Assembly (NCBI RefSeq): GCF_018977255.1
Contig: NW_024704742.1
Coordinates: 90,026,001-90,090,000, forward strand
From: Callorhinchus milii
Taxonomy: Eukaryota
DNA: 64,000 nucleotides
Reading direction: 5' to 3'
The notes beneath the pieces are model-generated. The model saw only the letters and a list, made by a program, of their open reading frames with translations, did no database searches and was not told the origin of the DNA. The position numbers were made by a program, and so were the translations under genes. Shown one piece after another: positions 25,448-37,436 of this stretch. Positions within the stretch are counted from its first letter, which is position 1. Every line of letters starts with the position of its first letter.

Positions 25448-26214
25448 ATTTTTTCTTTTAAAAAATTGTAACTTGAGGAATCTTTCACCAATCTTTTGAT
25501 TATCAGGACCAAATTTATGTGCTTAGTTCAAAGGAAAACCTAATCACCAGATTATCTAAGGAGCTACAAATGCATAAATCTCATTTTTAGCTTTCTGGCG
25601 GTAATAATCCCTTCAAAAAAAATAATAATTTGATCACTCAATCCACAGCTGTTTATGGGACACTGCTGTTCATAATTGGCTGTCATATTTCATTCACCTA
25701 ATATACAGTCAATTCACTTTACAGTATATTCTATAAAGTGCGTTATGTCATGTTGAGATGCTATATGAAATGCAAGGATTATTATTATGAAAATGGCTGA
25801 TTGCATTCTTGGCATTTCTCCCAGTTGTCTATTTTATAGATGAATCAATATATTAGAAAGAGGACAAAAATAACTTGCATTTGTATGCAGCCATTCACCT
25901 AAACGAACACTTGAAAGCGTTTGACAAACAGCACTGGATCCTGAGCAATGAAATTAGAAAGTTAAAGATGCTAACCAAAGAAATATGTTTTTTTTGTGGA
26001 AGGATTTTCAAGACAGGGAGACAGGAAGTGAGACAAAGTCATTTCAGAAGAGAGTACAAAAAAACACAGACACAGTGGCTGAAGATTCAGCCATCAAGAG
26101 TGGAGCAAAGAGAATGGGAATAGTTCCACAAAGAGTCAGAAAAGTGGTGTGTGGAGGCCTTAATGCAAGGATGGAAATTGTTGCATTGGTAGAGACATGA
26201 AAGGCACCTAACAA

Positions 26215-26670
26215 ATGTAATTTGTTGTTGTTGTGTTGTTATGGGGCGAGACTACCAATGCAGGGATTTGAAAACTGGGACAAGGATCTTAAGCTTGATG
26301 CTCTGAGGTTTTGCCAATGGAGGCTGAAAATAACACGAGTGTGGATCTCGCATAGAAGACAATTTGAGCTATAGATGTTTGGATCAGTTGAAGCTCATCT
26401 CTTTATATTGTGCACCTGAAGTGAGCTGAATGTCAAAGTTACAAAACCCACTATAGGCTGAGTGAGCAGTCATGGAGTTTGATGTAATCAGAACCGAAGT
26501 TGTTGCTGAGAACCAAACACATTGGATTCAGTCTTGTAGATGTTCAGACTTGATGCAAGAAAAACATCCTGCAATGGAGGGTGATGGCGATAGTGGTGGA
26601 GAGGTAGAGTTGGGCATCATCAGTTTCCATATGGATTTCCATATGTTTGAGGATGATGTTACCAAAGGGC
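26215..26670 (-). mobile_element. Degenerate L2 LINE fragment
   Basis: GGTAGAGTTGGGCATCATCAG (reverse complement of the ADDxQLY region) and ATGATGTTACCAAAGGGCAG parallel the L2 at 57290-57430. Confidence 0.6.
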
Positions 26671-26739
26671 AGCGCCAAATACTCCTTTGTTTAATATGGT
26701 GCCTATAATGTTCAAATGACTCAAAGCACTTCATTTTGC

Positions 26740-27130
26740 TGTCAAATGCAGTGTGTACATGTAGGCAAAAACGGCAGCCAATTTAAGCACACCAAGACCC
26801 AACAAGCTTTGAAGAGGATAGTGATAATAATAATCTTTGCATTTGATAAAGCGCCTTTTAACGTCTTCGAGATGACTCAATAATCAAGTTAACTGGGGGA
26901 TCATTGGTCAGGATCACTGAGAGAAACTCCATTCTCTTTTCAAATAGCGTCATGGCATCTTTAACATGTACCTGAACAGGAGATGGGACCCTAGTTTAAC
27001 ACTGCTTTGACAATCTCTCTCTAGTACTATACTAAAACGTCAGCCTAGATAATGAACTCAAAATCCCCATGCGGCGCTTGAATCCACAATCTTTCGACCC
27101 AGAGACAAAAGTGTCACCAACTGAGCCAAA
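26740..27130 (-). mobile_element. Deu-domain SINE with a nested SINE tail (~26824-26878)
   Basis: Minus-strand head TTGGCTCAGTTGGTGACAC; CTAGGCTGAC; AAAGATGCCATG. Confidence 0.7.
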
Positions 27131-27289
27131 CAAGTACTCTGTAATGAGAAGCTAGTTTCCGATGGCTTGTTACTCAGATCTTGACACAAATCTGGAAAGC
27201 TGAAGCTCATTCCAGCTGAGGTGATCAGATGTCACTTTGTTCTGAGAGCACAGGGAGATGGTTTCTCAATAGACTCAGGTAATGCTTAC

Positions 27290-27416
27290 ATTTGTTCGCT
27301 GACACTTGAGATTTGTACTGTCCACGGACGAGCCTGCATGTGGAACCATCGCCACTGCAGACGCCGCAGTTATCTTCCTTGGCGCTGCTTCCCAGCTGGT
27401 GATCACAGCCAACAAC
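27290..27416 (-). CDS. ADAMTSL1: ADAMTSL1 exon 5 equivalent: [42 protein letters not shown]
   Basis: gcAG acceptor, GTAAGC donor, 127 nt, phase 0 to 1; ADAMTS-type GCD...EDNCGVCxGDGSTC motif. Confidence 0.96.
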
Positions 27417-27782
27417 CTGCCAGAAACAACATTGTGTGGGAGACTGTTAGTTCAGTCTGATTGCATGTTTTACCTGCACTGTAGAATGCAGATAGATTAC
27501 TGCTTTGACAATCTCTAAAAAAACGTCCAGTCTCCAATCCCAGATGCTTACACGTGTTGTACCTTTGCTGCGATGTGATCCTGGCATAAACCAACATCAC
27601 ATCGCAGCAAAGGTACAACATATGTACGCATCTGGGCTTGGAGACTGGACATTTCCCAGAAAAGTGTATACAGTAAGTGTATACAGTACATAAATCGTAC
27701 CAGTCGGGACCGTAACATTTAATACGACTTAGGCAAAGTCCAAGTTGCAGGCAAACTGTACAAGTCACAGAAAATCCAATTT

Positions 27783-28325
27783 ACAACAACAACAAGATGA
27801 CATTTGTATAGTGCCTTTCACATCAGGAGAACATCCCAAGGCGCTGGACAGTGTACATCATTTCAGACCCGAGCTGGGACCAGAGGGGGAGAAGGGAGAA
27901 GGGAGGGGAGGGGAAGGGGGGTGGCCGATGGCATGGTCGAAGTGGAGGGTTTTGAGGTGGGACTTGAAGAAGGTTAAGGAGGGGGTGAGGCGGAGGGATT
28001 GGGGGATGGAATTCCAGAGGTTGGAGGCAGAGTGGTTGAAGGCTCTCCGCTATGGTGGGGTGGAGCAGGCTGGAGCCGGTTGAGCGGAGGGAGCAGGCGG
28101 GTTGGTAGGGGATTAGGAGGTCACAGAGATAGGGTGGGGCGAGGCCATGGAGGGCTTTGTAGGTGAGGACCAGGATCATGAACTGGATCCTCTGAAGGAT
28201 AGGGAGTCAGTGGAGTCGGGCAAGAGTGGGGGAGATGGGGTCACTGAGTTTGGTGCGGGAAATGATATGGGCTGGAGAGTTCTGGATTATCTGCAGCCTG
28301 TGGAGGGAGGAGTTGGGAAGGCCGA
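27783..28325 (-). mobile_element. L2 LINE 3' fragment
   Basis: ORF ILVLTYKALHGLAPPYLCDLLIPYQPACSLRS (L2 ORF2 end); tail ending (TTG)n. Confidence 0.92.
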
Positions 28326-28837
28326 CAAGCAGGGCATTTTAACCAACAAAATACATTGTGAATGTACAATGTAATGAAGCCGGTAAGTACACATGCGGTG
28401 ATGGGTCAAAATTACATTTTGCAACTCAAAGGGTCTTGACACTTCGCCGCATGTGCATTTATTGGCAAGCATTGGAATTACATTGAATCGCAGGGAATGA
28501 AGTTCTTCTGCGTAGGTGTGCATGTGTCAAATGGTTAGGTGGCATTTCCAATGACTCCAGGCAGTTGGTAATTGAGGGAGTAATGGAGGGTACCTAAGCG
28601 ACCATTCCAAGTTAAGAGGTGTTTAATGCGAGTAGTCTAAGTGATTTTGATAGGAAACTGAATGGGCCTTGGGTGAATGTACGACTTGGGCAATTATAAG
28701 ATTTATAAAGATAAGACTTATGCGAGTTTTACTGTATAACAGAACCTTAGCTTTCAGGTAATCCAGAAATAAATAACACTGAAGAGAGGCTCGGTTCTTC
28801 TCAATTACCACATAATCAATAAATGTGACAATGGTAA

Positions 28838-29620
28838 AAGAACATAAAAAATAGGAGCAGCAGTAGGCCATTTGGCCCCTAGAGCCTGCCCCGCCATTTA
28901 ATAAGATCATGGCTGATCTTCTAACCGAATTCCATCCTGTAGCTCAGTGGTTAGAGCACTCGCTTTGCAAGTGAGAGACCTGAGTTCAATTCCAGGCAGA
29001 GGGCGAAACCTTGGGCAAGTTTCCTTACTCCACACGCCTAATAATAATCCCTCCAAAAACAAAGCAATAATAAATTGGTCATTTTCAATCTACGACTGTT
29101 TGTGGGACATTGCTGTGCGCAATTGGCTGCCGCGTTCGCCCACAAATATACAGTCAATTCACTTTACAGTGTGTTCTGTGAAGCGCTTTGGGACGTCCTC
29201 CCGACGTGAAAAGCGCTATATCAAATGCAAGGATTATTATTATTATTATTATTATTTACCCGCCCTATCCCCCAAATCTATCGATCTCAGTCTTGAATAT
29301 ATTCAAGAACTGAGCATCCACAGCCTTCTGGGGATAGAGAGTTCCATAAATTCACTACCCTCTGAGTGAAGAAATGTTTTCTCAACACAGTTCTAGGGAA
29401 ACAATCTCACAATATCTATCCTGTCAAGATCCTTAAGAATCTTATAGGTTTCTATAAGATCACCTCTAATTCTTCTGTATTCTAGAGAATATAGGCCTAG
29501 TTTACTCAACCTCTCCTCATAGGTCAACCCACTCATCCCAGGAACCAACCTAGTGAACCTATGTTGCACCCCTTCTAAGGCGAGTATATCCTTTCTTAGA
29601 AAAGGAAACCAACACTGCAC
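28838..29620 (-). mobile_element. CR1 3' fragment interrupted by a young SINE
   Basis: ORF QCWFPFLRKDILALEGVQHRFTRLVPGMSGLTYEERLSKLGLYSLE; 3' UTR continues on both sides of 28935-29256. Confidence 0.9.
28935..29256 (+). mobile_element. Young tRNA-Ala-headed SINE, short subtype
   Basis: Near-identical to 39552-39863 and 59326-59653; tail GGGACGTCCTCCCGACGTGAAAAGCGCTAT...(ATT)n. Confidence 0.95.
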
Positions 29621-31924
29621 ATGTTTTTCATAGCAGTATTCTTAATAAAAAATCTTTATTATAAGAAATCTCAGTCGTGGAAATTGGGATTGTTACCGGG
29701 TTACTGGTTCATCGTGTGACTTTGGGGAAAGTCCGCTCTTATGTGGTCTGCTTTCAAAGGATGGCATCTGTAACAATGTGGAATTCCTCTGGTACAGCAC
29801 TTAAGTGCCAGTTTAGCCTTGAGGACTTGAATCCACAAACTTCTGATCCAGAGGCAAAAATGCTACCAACTAAGCCAGGCTAACATTCGAATCAAGACAG
29901 ATTTGCAGCGAGTCGTCATGACATACGTCCTGTTGCTAAAAGGAGTCCTAACTTGAATTCCTTAATCTAGAAATCCTGTTAGATATCATCGCAAGTTATA
30001 TCCCACTGCGTGTTCAGCAGACCAAAAAATATTCCTGGATAATTTATGTTTGCTTTATTCTCACAGGAATGAGTTGCCTTGAATTGAAAGTGCCCACAGA
30101 GATGCAATTATTTGCAATATCCACATTGCATCTCAGCTGAGTAACCTCTGTGCACTCACTGTACACATACGCTACTTATTATTTACAAGCCTCGAATATG
30201 TGCACTCACTCTATTAATAAGCAGACTAAAAACAGCACCAGGGATCCATAAACACACCAGGAAAACAATCTGAGAGGCCAGAAATTCCACCTAGTTTTAG
30301 CCTGGTAAGACTGTAAAATTTAAAATGCTGCAGAATGTTGGGGAAATCTTAAATTCAGTCATATATAATAATCCTTGCAGTTGATGTTTTATATATAATA
30401 ATCCTTGCATTTAATCTTTATCATGTCATTGAGATGCCTCGAAGTGCTTCATTTGGCAGCCCATTTGCACACCATAATGTCCCACAAATAGCCATTAAGT
30501 GAAAGACCAATCAGGGGATTGTTGGCCAGAACACTGGGAGAAACTTGATACTGAAACTGGTTTTACATATTTCTTCAAGAAATCGGATTCCAAAATAAGA
30601 CAGAATTTAAGAATTTTCAACAATTCTGTGTGATCTTCCTTTATTAGACGATGGTCTTGCAGGCTAAGACTTGATGGTATTCCAGACCTCTGAACTCTTT
30701 CTGCCAAGTTATTGTAGCTGCAGAATATTTTATAAATGACACCAAAACACAATAGCATCTAAAGGTGCATTGCCAATGGTAACCGTTACCCCAACTGACC
30801 CAGGCACACCTCCCTCCCTACTGGAACAGATTTTTCTGTGAAAATATGTGGAAAAGAGATGCATTGATAAGTTTACAGTGTTTGATTGTATCTATGCAAA
30901 ATTAATTGTTCACAAAATCACTGGGCGAAATATTATTTGAACAAACATTTCCTGAATTACTTAAAGACATGAGATGTGTAGTGGATATATTTTATAACTT
31001 TCATCTCAAGAAAGATTACATACACAAAACAACTGCTTCTCTGAGGTTATGTTTGGTTCAGCCATTTCTCAGTTTCTTACTAAAACAATGAGTTTGCGGC
31101 AATCATTATAAATCCAAAAATGCTGAGGAAGAAATCCTGAGCCCATTTCTCCCTCCAACTTGACTAAATAGGAGCCAAAAACTGCATCAAGTTAGAGTGA
31201 CAGACTAAATTGCAAAGTGTAATTTACACTTTGTCAAATGGCACTCTGGAGGGCCTATTAAAAAAAGAAAAGTGCTATAAAGTCCAGAGTGACTTTTAAA
31301 TACTAACGTCTCTCCCTCAGAGAGATTACCAGTTTACAGCAGATTTAAGATGTCAACTTTAGAGGCATTTTAAGTCAGGGAGTAGCTCTTGGAGACCAAA
31401 AGGGAGCTATTATCCACACTGTTACTCTGGAGAATGTTAGGAGTAATTGCAGATGATCGCGATTATGGAGGTATTCACTCCTGATAGAAATCAGTTTGAC
31501 AGTTTTAAAACCACAAAATAATGTGACCATGGATCGGCTGAAATCAATCGCTCATTGTAAAAATAAAGAACGTGTTGCAGTGATTATTACCACGGGAATT
31601 AGTTGGCTTTCATTATTATTGCATTTGATCAAAAACGGGTAAAAGACTGGAGGAAAAGCAGACAAGGGGACACAGAGCAATGCCTGGATTTTCCACTCAC
31701 AAGCAGAAGTAGGTAATACCAATGAAAAAGGAGAGTTTCTTTTGCACGTTTATACGGGCTATTGATCTAAATAACCTGCCAGCATGAAAGGAAGAGAGAG
31801 TGAGCTTTGAGACGTCGGCCTGACATAAAAGGCAATATAAATGTAACTTATATTTTAAAGAGAAAGAAAATGATAAATGATAAGCAACCGTACATATATT
31901 TTTTCTGTTTGAAGGCAGTTAGTG

Positions 31925-32478
31925 TCCAGGTCTGGCAACATGCCTGGCAATGGAATGTCAGAATCGAGTCAGCCCTCTGTGGCGGTCTCAGTAGTCTGGT
32001 TCCTGAGCCTGGCGGGTCCGCAGTATTCCAGGGCTGCTGATGATAGCACAGCCAGCCTGGCTCATTGGCAGGACCTGGAAGGGCAAACCAGTCACTGGGG
32101 GCAGGGAGACATCCCACCGAGCTCCTGTTAACCCTGCAAGCCGAAACCCTAACAGGTAGAGTGGTCCTAGCTGGAGAAGCAGATGGAAAGCTAGCCGGAC
32201 AGTAATATCAATGAGTTTTATCTGGTTAGACTCCAGCAGTACCCCATTGTACACTCTGGGTTCCCCAAGTTTTGGCTCTACCCAACCTGCATCTAATACT
32301 TTCTAGAATTAGGTAAGCAGGATGCGTCCCTCCATGGAGAGAGTATGCATTTCATTCTAAGACATAGGGATATTTCCATATGCATGTGGCATGCCTATTT
32401 GGTACTCACAATCTGGTTTGGGTACTCTTAAACATGGTGATGGGGTTCCCACGTGTCAGATACCTGGCTGACCAAAAC
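31925..32478 (+). repeat. Family X repeat, near-complete copy
   Basis: Collinear with 49640-50180; ends CCCACGTGTCAGATACCTGGCTGACCAAAA. Confidence 0.9.
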
Positions 32479-32619
32479 GAAATTTAGACCATTCTACTAA
32501 GTAGCACCAGAATGAAACACACACTTTTAAATCAATGTGTTGAGACATTCTTTCTAAATGATCTCTCATATTAATATTTTACACAATCATGATGTCTGAT
32601 TCCAGTGGGGATAACAATC

Positions 32620-32866
32620 TAGGGATAGAAATTGCATTTGTGCTAAGTTTTGTTCTATTTTCTTAGCATTTCAGAGTGCACAGAATTTGGCAAATTCTCA
32701 AATATACTACTTAATTTTGAAGACACTTTTATGTAAGTGCTTTAAAGAAACTACGGAAAACCGATTTCAAAGTTGAAACTAAATTGAAAACATTTACCAA
32801 ATCGAGAATGGTCTGAAATGCTAAGAAAAATAAATAAATCTAGATCCAGGTGGAATTTCTCCCCCA
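32620..32866. mobile_element. MITE family A copy
   Basis: AGGGATAGAAATTGCA...TTTTCTTAGCATTTCAGA / TCTGAAATGCTAAGAAAA...CCAGGTGGAATTTCTCCCCC inverted arms. Confidence 0.8.
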
Positions 32867-33237
32867 AATGCATTTACCAGGGAGCCAGGCATTATATATA
32901 TGCATAGCAGGGGATTGGTGAAATTAAATAGGACAATCCCTCAATTTCATTACAATGCATTTCAAAGCAGGTTAGCAACGGCCTCAATTGGAAAATCCCA
33001 AAATTTGTGGAGGATGTTAAGAAAAAAGGAAAAGGTAAAACACTCCAGATGATAAATAGCTTTGATGGGCATTACAGAGAGCAGAAAGACGTTAAGTAAT
33101 GACATAAGAAGGAAGGAGCAAATAATCGTTTTACTGATCAAACATTAATGCTGTAACATATTATTCTCAGCAGTAACGCATCATTGGCATGCTGCCTGCT
33201 GTAACATAGGACACTCATAAATGGCAGAGCTACTTAC

Positions 33238-33474
33238 TCGACAGTTCCCACTGATGCACATGTGCAGTGTTTCTGTGTAACATCGTGTACCATCCAGTAC
33301 TTTCGGTGCCAACTCCACAACCAGTGTCGTTCCCTTTGCCTGGCACTTGAGTGCACAGGGCTTGTCCGGATGATCGTACACTGGAAGCCAAGCGTGGTAC
33401 TGTCCCTGGTACTTTACATCATTGTATGCCGAGCATTGCTGGGCACGAAAGTCACCAGCTTCCGGAGGGCAAGT
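33238..33474 (-). CDS. ADAMTSL1: ADAMTSL1 exon 4 equivalent, Cys-rich module: TCPPEAGDFRAQQCSAYNDVKYQGQYHAWLPVYDHPDKPCALKCQAKGTTLVVELAPKVLDGTRCYTETLHMCISGNCR
   Basis: cctAG acceptor, GTAAGT donor, 237 nt, phase 0-0; CQAKGTTLVVELAPKVLDGTRCYTE fits ADAMTSL1 better than ADAMTSL3 (recalled sequences). Confidence 0.96.
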
Positions 33475-33534
33475 CTAGGTGCAATAGGAACAGATAGAAA
33501 AATGATGATCAGAACCATTCTGCAGACAATAACT

Positions 33535-33835
33535 AATCATAGAATCCTGCAGCATAGAAGGAGGCCATTCAGTCCATCGTGCCTGTGTCAGTTCTTTGAA
33601 AGAGCTGTCCAATTAGTCTTATTTCCCCTTTCTTTCCCGAAAGCCTTGCAATTTTTTTTCTTTTCAAATAAATATCTAATTCCCTTTTGAAAGTTACTAT
33701 TGAATGTGCTTCCACCACCCTTTCAGGCAGTGTATTCCAGATAGTAATTTGCAGCCTAAAAAAAATTCTTCTCATCTTCCCTCAGTTCTTTTGTCAATTA
33801 TCTTAAATCTGTGTTCTCTGGTTACTGACCCACCC
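33535..33835 (-). mobile_element. CR1 3' fragment
   Basis: ORF RRIFFRLQITIWNTLPERVVEAHSIVTFKRELDIYL; tail TTCTATGATT. Confidence 0.9.
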
Positions 33836-35237
33836 ACTTTTAAACTTTTAAATTGTCAAAAGAAATGTATACCCAGCTCAAAAACAATCGCTGGGATCAC
33901 AAAAGTCATTACATTTCAATCACAAAAGAGGTTTGGATGAAAAAAGGCCTTCAGCACACAAGATCTTGTATTTCCAGAATATCAGAGAGTAAATCAATAG
34001 CTGCAATTGGTTGCTAGGAAGGGTGGTAGAGGCCAAAACATTGAACTCACTTAAGAAATAGCTGAAATCAAATGAGGGGAGAGGGTAGTGAAATTCCACA
34101 CAAACATTCTGTCATTTTGTACAACTCTCAGCCCATTGTTAATTTAAGGCTGTTTAGCTGTTGGTAGAAGTGTCCTGAAGGCTGATGTAGAAAGAACTTG
34201 CATGATGATAGGGCATGTCCTTTTAACTAAAACATTCTTTTAAGCTATTCCTGCTTTCATCCACAAATTTCTTTCTCTTAGACAAAAGTCAGTTCTGCGG
34301 TCCTCCGTACCTTAATACATCTTTCTCTACACAAATATCTTTTTACATGAAGAGTAGCATCTGTACTTTATTGGCTTTGACAAGAGATAAGCCTGACATA
34401 GATAGAGTTAACAGGCCCAAGTACCACTGAAAGAAGAGTTGCTGGAATCAACAAATTATAATTTATTATACAATGGGACAAAAGTTCAGATTTGCTTGAC
34501 CTTGACAGTCTTTACAGAACTGCCAAAGTTGTTTAACAGCCTTGTACTATACTAATAGTCACACCAACTGTCAGTACCATTAGTTCCATTCTTAAACTAT
34601 TTATGGTCTTTATTGTGACATGTTTATACCTTAAAAATAATAATTCTTGCATTTGATGTAGAGCCTTCCATGTCAGGAGGACGGCTCACATCACTACCAC
34701 AAATTTACTGCTCCTTCTTACACATCTTTGTATATTTGCATAACATCTTCACTTGTTATGCTTGCATTGTGGAAGAAATATGAGGGTATAATAATAATAA
34801 TCCTTGCATTTGATATAGCGCCTTATCATGTCCTTGAGATGTCTCAAAGCGCTTCACAGAATTTACTGTAAAGTGAATTAACTGTATATTTATGGGCGAA
34901 ACGCGGCAGCCAATTGCACACAGCAATGTCCCACAAACAGTCGTGGATTAAGTAGATGATTCAGGGGAAATCGTTCTCCAGAGCTTTGCAGGACATAAAA
35001 GTTGTTAGACTGTCTTACATATACACTAAATTGGACAATATACGGTATAATGTTTTATGATTTCCTTTCATTCTGATGATTGCAAATTCTTGTGCACTGT
35101 GTCATGATGTTGTAGATTAAACAGTCTACACAAATTGTTGCAATGTCTAACAAGGTTTGCAGGAAATTCAGATTTTAAAATGCCAACCCGGGCTACCATT
35201 TGGCAAATGTGTATTAAATATCAACTATTATGTAAAC

Positions 35238-35608
35238 TGATATGATTATGGTCTTTAAAATTCTGAAGGGAATAGATAATGTAGACGATTATCAGCTTCT
35301 CCATCTTGTACTGAACAGTAGAACCAGAGAATATGGCCTACGATTGAAGGGGAGTAAATTCAGAACAAATCTGCGGAAATACTATTTCAGTGAGCGAGTG
35401 GTAAACTTATGGAACAGGCTCCCTAGGGAGACAGTGGAAGCAGAAAATGTTCTTTTTTTCAAGAACAAAGTAGATAAATTTCTGCTGGAAAATAATATCT
35501 CGGGATATAGTATATAATGTGGGAAACAACATGTCAAGCGACTACCAGGATGGTGGAAGGCGAACTGGATGGACTTTGGTCTTCTTTCGCCTAGCAAATT
35601 CTTTTCTT
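35238..35608 (+). mobile_element. CR1 3' fragment (second subfamily)
   Basis: ORF MIMVFKILKGIDNVD...RTREYGLRLKGSKFRTNLRKYYFSERVVNLWNRLP. Confidence 0.9.
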
Positions 35609-35629
35609 ATGGATAACCCCATGCTGTAT

Positions 35630-35920
35630 GGAGGACTGTAGCTCAGTGGTTAGAGCACTCGTCTTGCAAGCGAGACACCTGGGTTCAATTCCAGGCAGGG
35701 CGAAACCTTGGGCAAGTTTCCTTACTCCACACGCCTAATAATAATCCCTCCAAAACAAAACAATAATAAATTGGTCATTTTCAATCCACGACTGTTTGTG
35801 GGACACTGCTGTGCGCAATTGGCTGCCGCATTTCGCCCACAAATATATGGTCAATTCACTGTACAGCATTCTCTGTGAAGCGCTTTGAGATGTCTAGATT
35901 ATTATTATTATATTATTATT
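35630..35920 (+). mobile_element. tRNA-Ala-headed SINE with short body and old-type tail
   Basis: Lacks the CTCTGTTTACCTAGC segment but the tail reads GCTTTGAGATGTCT. Confidence 0.92.
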
Positions 35921-35961
35921 ACCATTTAATACCTTCCCAGGTCGAATGCTGAAATTGGCAC

Positions 35962-36205
35962 ATGGTAGAAGTTAAAGATCCCATAGCACTATTAGAAAAG
36001 AAAAGGAAGTTTCTTCCAGTGTCCTGGCCAACAATTCCCCATTTAAAAATTGGTCATTCCCTCCAATGGCTGCTTGTGGGACATTGCTGTGTGCAAGAAG
36101 TTCACCTAAAATAAAGTCACTACACATTACAGTCTATTTTGTGAAGCACTTTGAGACCTCCTCCCAATGTAAAAGGCACAATATCAAATGTTAGGATTAT
36201 TATTA
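35962..36205 (+). mobile_element. Deu-domain SINE 3' part
   Basis: TTAAAGATCCCATAGCACTATT...GTGTCCTGGCCAAC...tail. Confidence 0.8.
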
Positions 36206-37031
36206 TGAATATCCCCTCACCTACGCTCCTGTATTCCCTTCTCCCTCGTGTTGCTTTCCACAGTTGTTATTAACAAACAAATGGATTGTCCTACCACAGT
36301 TTTCAACAACAGTTTCTGAAAACGTCTTGCTTGAATATTTCTTGCAATGTCTGGCATATTGGCTTCTGGGGACAGTTCATACTCAGTGAGAAGTAAGTAA
36401 TAGTTATCACTGAATGCTGTTGACTGCATTTTGGGTTGATGTGATCATTAACACCTGTATTAGTATCACATTCTACATATTTTACTTTGATCTACTTGTT
36501 CTATTGATCTAGATTTTATACTTTTCTTTTTAGCATCATCTAATTGATCCACATCAGTAGCCCTGGCTGGAAGCCTGTTCCTCGTGTTCATTGCTATATG
36601 GCATGCAAAAAAAATCCCTTTTAATCTCTTGGGGGTTGTTAATTTTAAATTTATTTCCTCTCTTTCTATATTTAAGGCCTAAGTGAAATAATATGTTCAC
36701 CTCTACATTGTCTATGCCTGTGTCCCATGTCACTTATGTGTGCTAATCCTGACAGTGGCTTTATTTATATGATCATGCTAGTCGCCTACTCTGTTGTTCC
36801 ATGTCAAATTGAACCACTCATCAAATGAGTTCAGTAGATATATTGCTTCCATGTGTCCCCACAAGTGTAGGATTGTATTCCTGTGGTTCATTTCTTTTTG
36901 AATTAGATTGTTTTAACCTAACATAATGCATTGCTTCTGAAATTCAGTTTAAGAACTTTGCTTTGACAGTTTGGGATGGAACGTTATAGAAATTGAGAAG
37001 GAGTGGAAATATTTTAATAGGGATTGTTTTT

Positions 37032-37436
37032 GTGGAGTAGGTTAGAATACTGCCCCTTCACCTCTGAGCACTGGGTTCCATCGCAGCCCAGAGTGATGGG
37101 ATAGAATTCTCTTTCTCTGCCAGTTGTAGGGGTGCTGGGTGAGATCAGTTTGAGCAATTGCAATTCTAGTAGACATGAGTGCACAGCACATCATATCTTA
37201 TAACCAGCTAATATTAAATTGGCAAACTTCCAGAGTGGCCACAAGGATGGCTGGAGCAAGGAATGGAAACAGTCACACAGTAGAATGTGCTCTTTTGAGG
37301 CTAAAGCTAAAGGATTTTGTTGGAACAAAGTAGCAGGAACTTTACACTGTACCACTTAATCCATGTTACACCTGAGTTTAGGACTGTTTCATGGTCCTTG
37401 GCTTGAAATTTACAACCTCCAACCTTGATGAGCACA
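37032..37436 (+). mobile_element. LF-SINE-like ancient retroposon
   Basis: CCTTCACCTCTG...CTGGGTTC...CAGCCCAG...GTGAGATCAGTTTG...TTCTAGTAGACATGAGTGCACAGCACA...ACCTTGATGAGCAC follows the recalled LF-SINE consensus in order; second copy at 38660-38820. Confidence 0.6.

Noticed and set aside
28935..29005. Genuine tRNA-Ala genes (also at 9279, 24175, 35630, 39863, 59653, 62401)
   Set aside because: Each continues directly into a SINE body and (ATT)n tail, so they are SINE heads
28947..29369. Recurrent ORFs ending KCKDYYYYY
   Set aside because: Chance translation of SINE tails with (TAT)n; not a protein family
32037..32080. CTGATGA in family X as a hammerhead core
   Set aside because: No properly placed helix II plus GAAA; the motif is one arm of a simple hairpin
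33262..33690. 142-aa plus-strand ORF
   Set aside because: Antisense shadow of exon 4 running into a CR1 tail; no independent coding evidence
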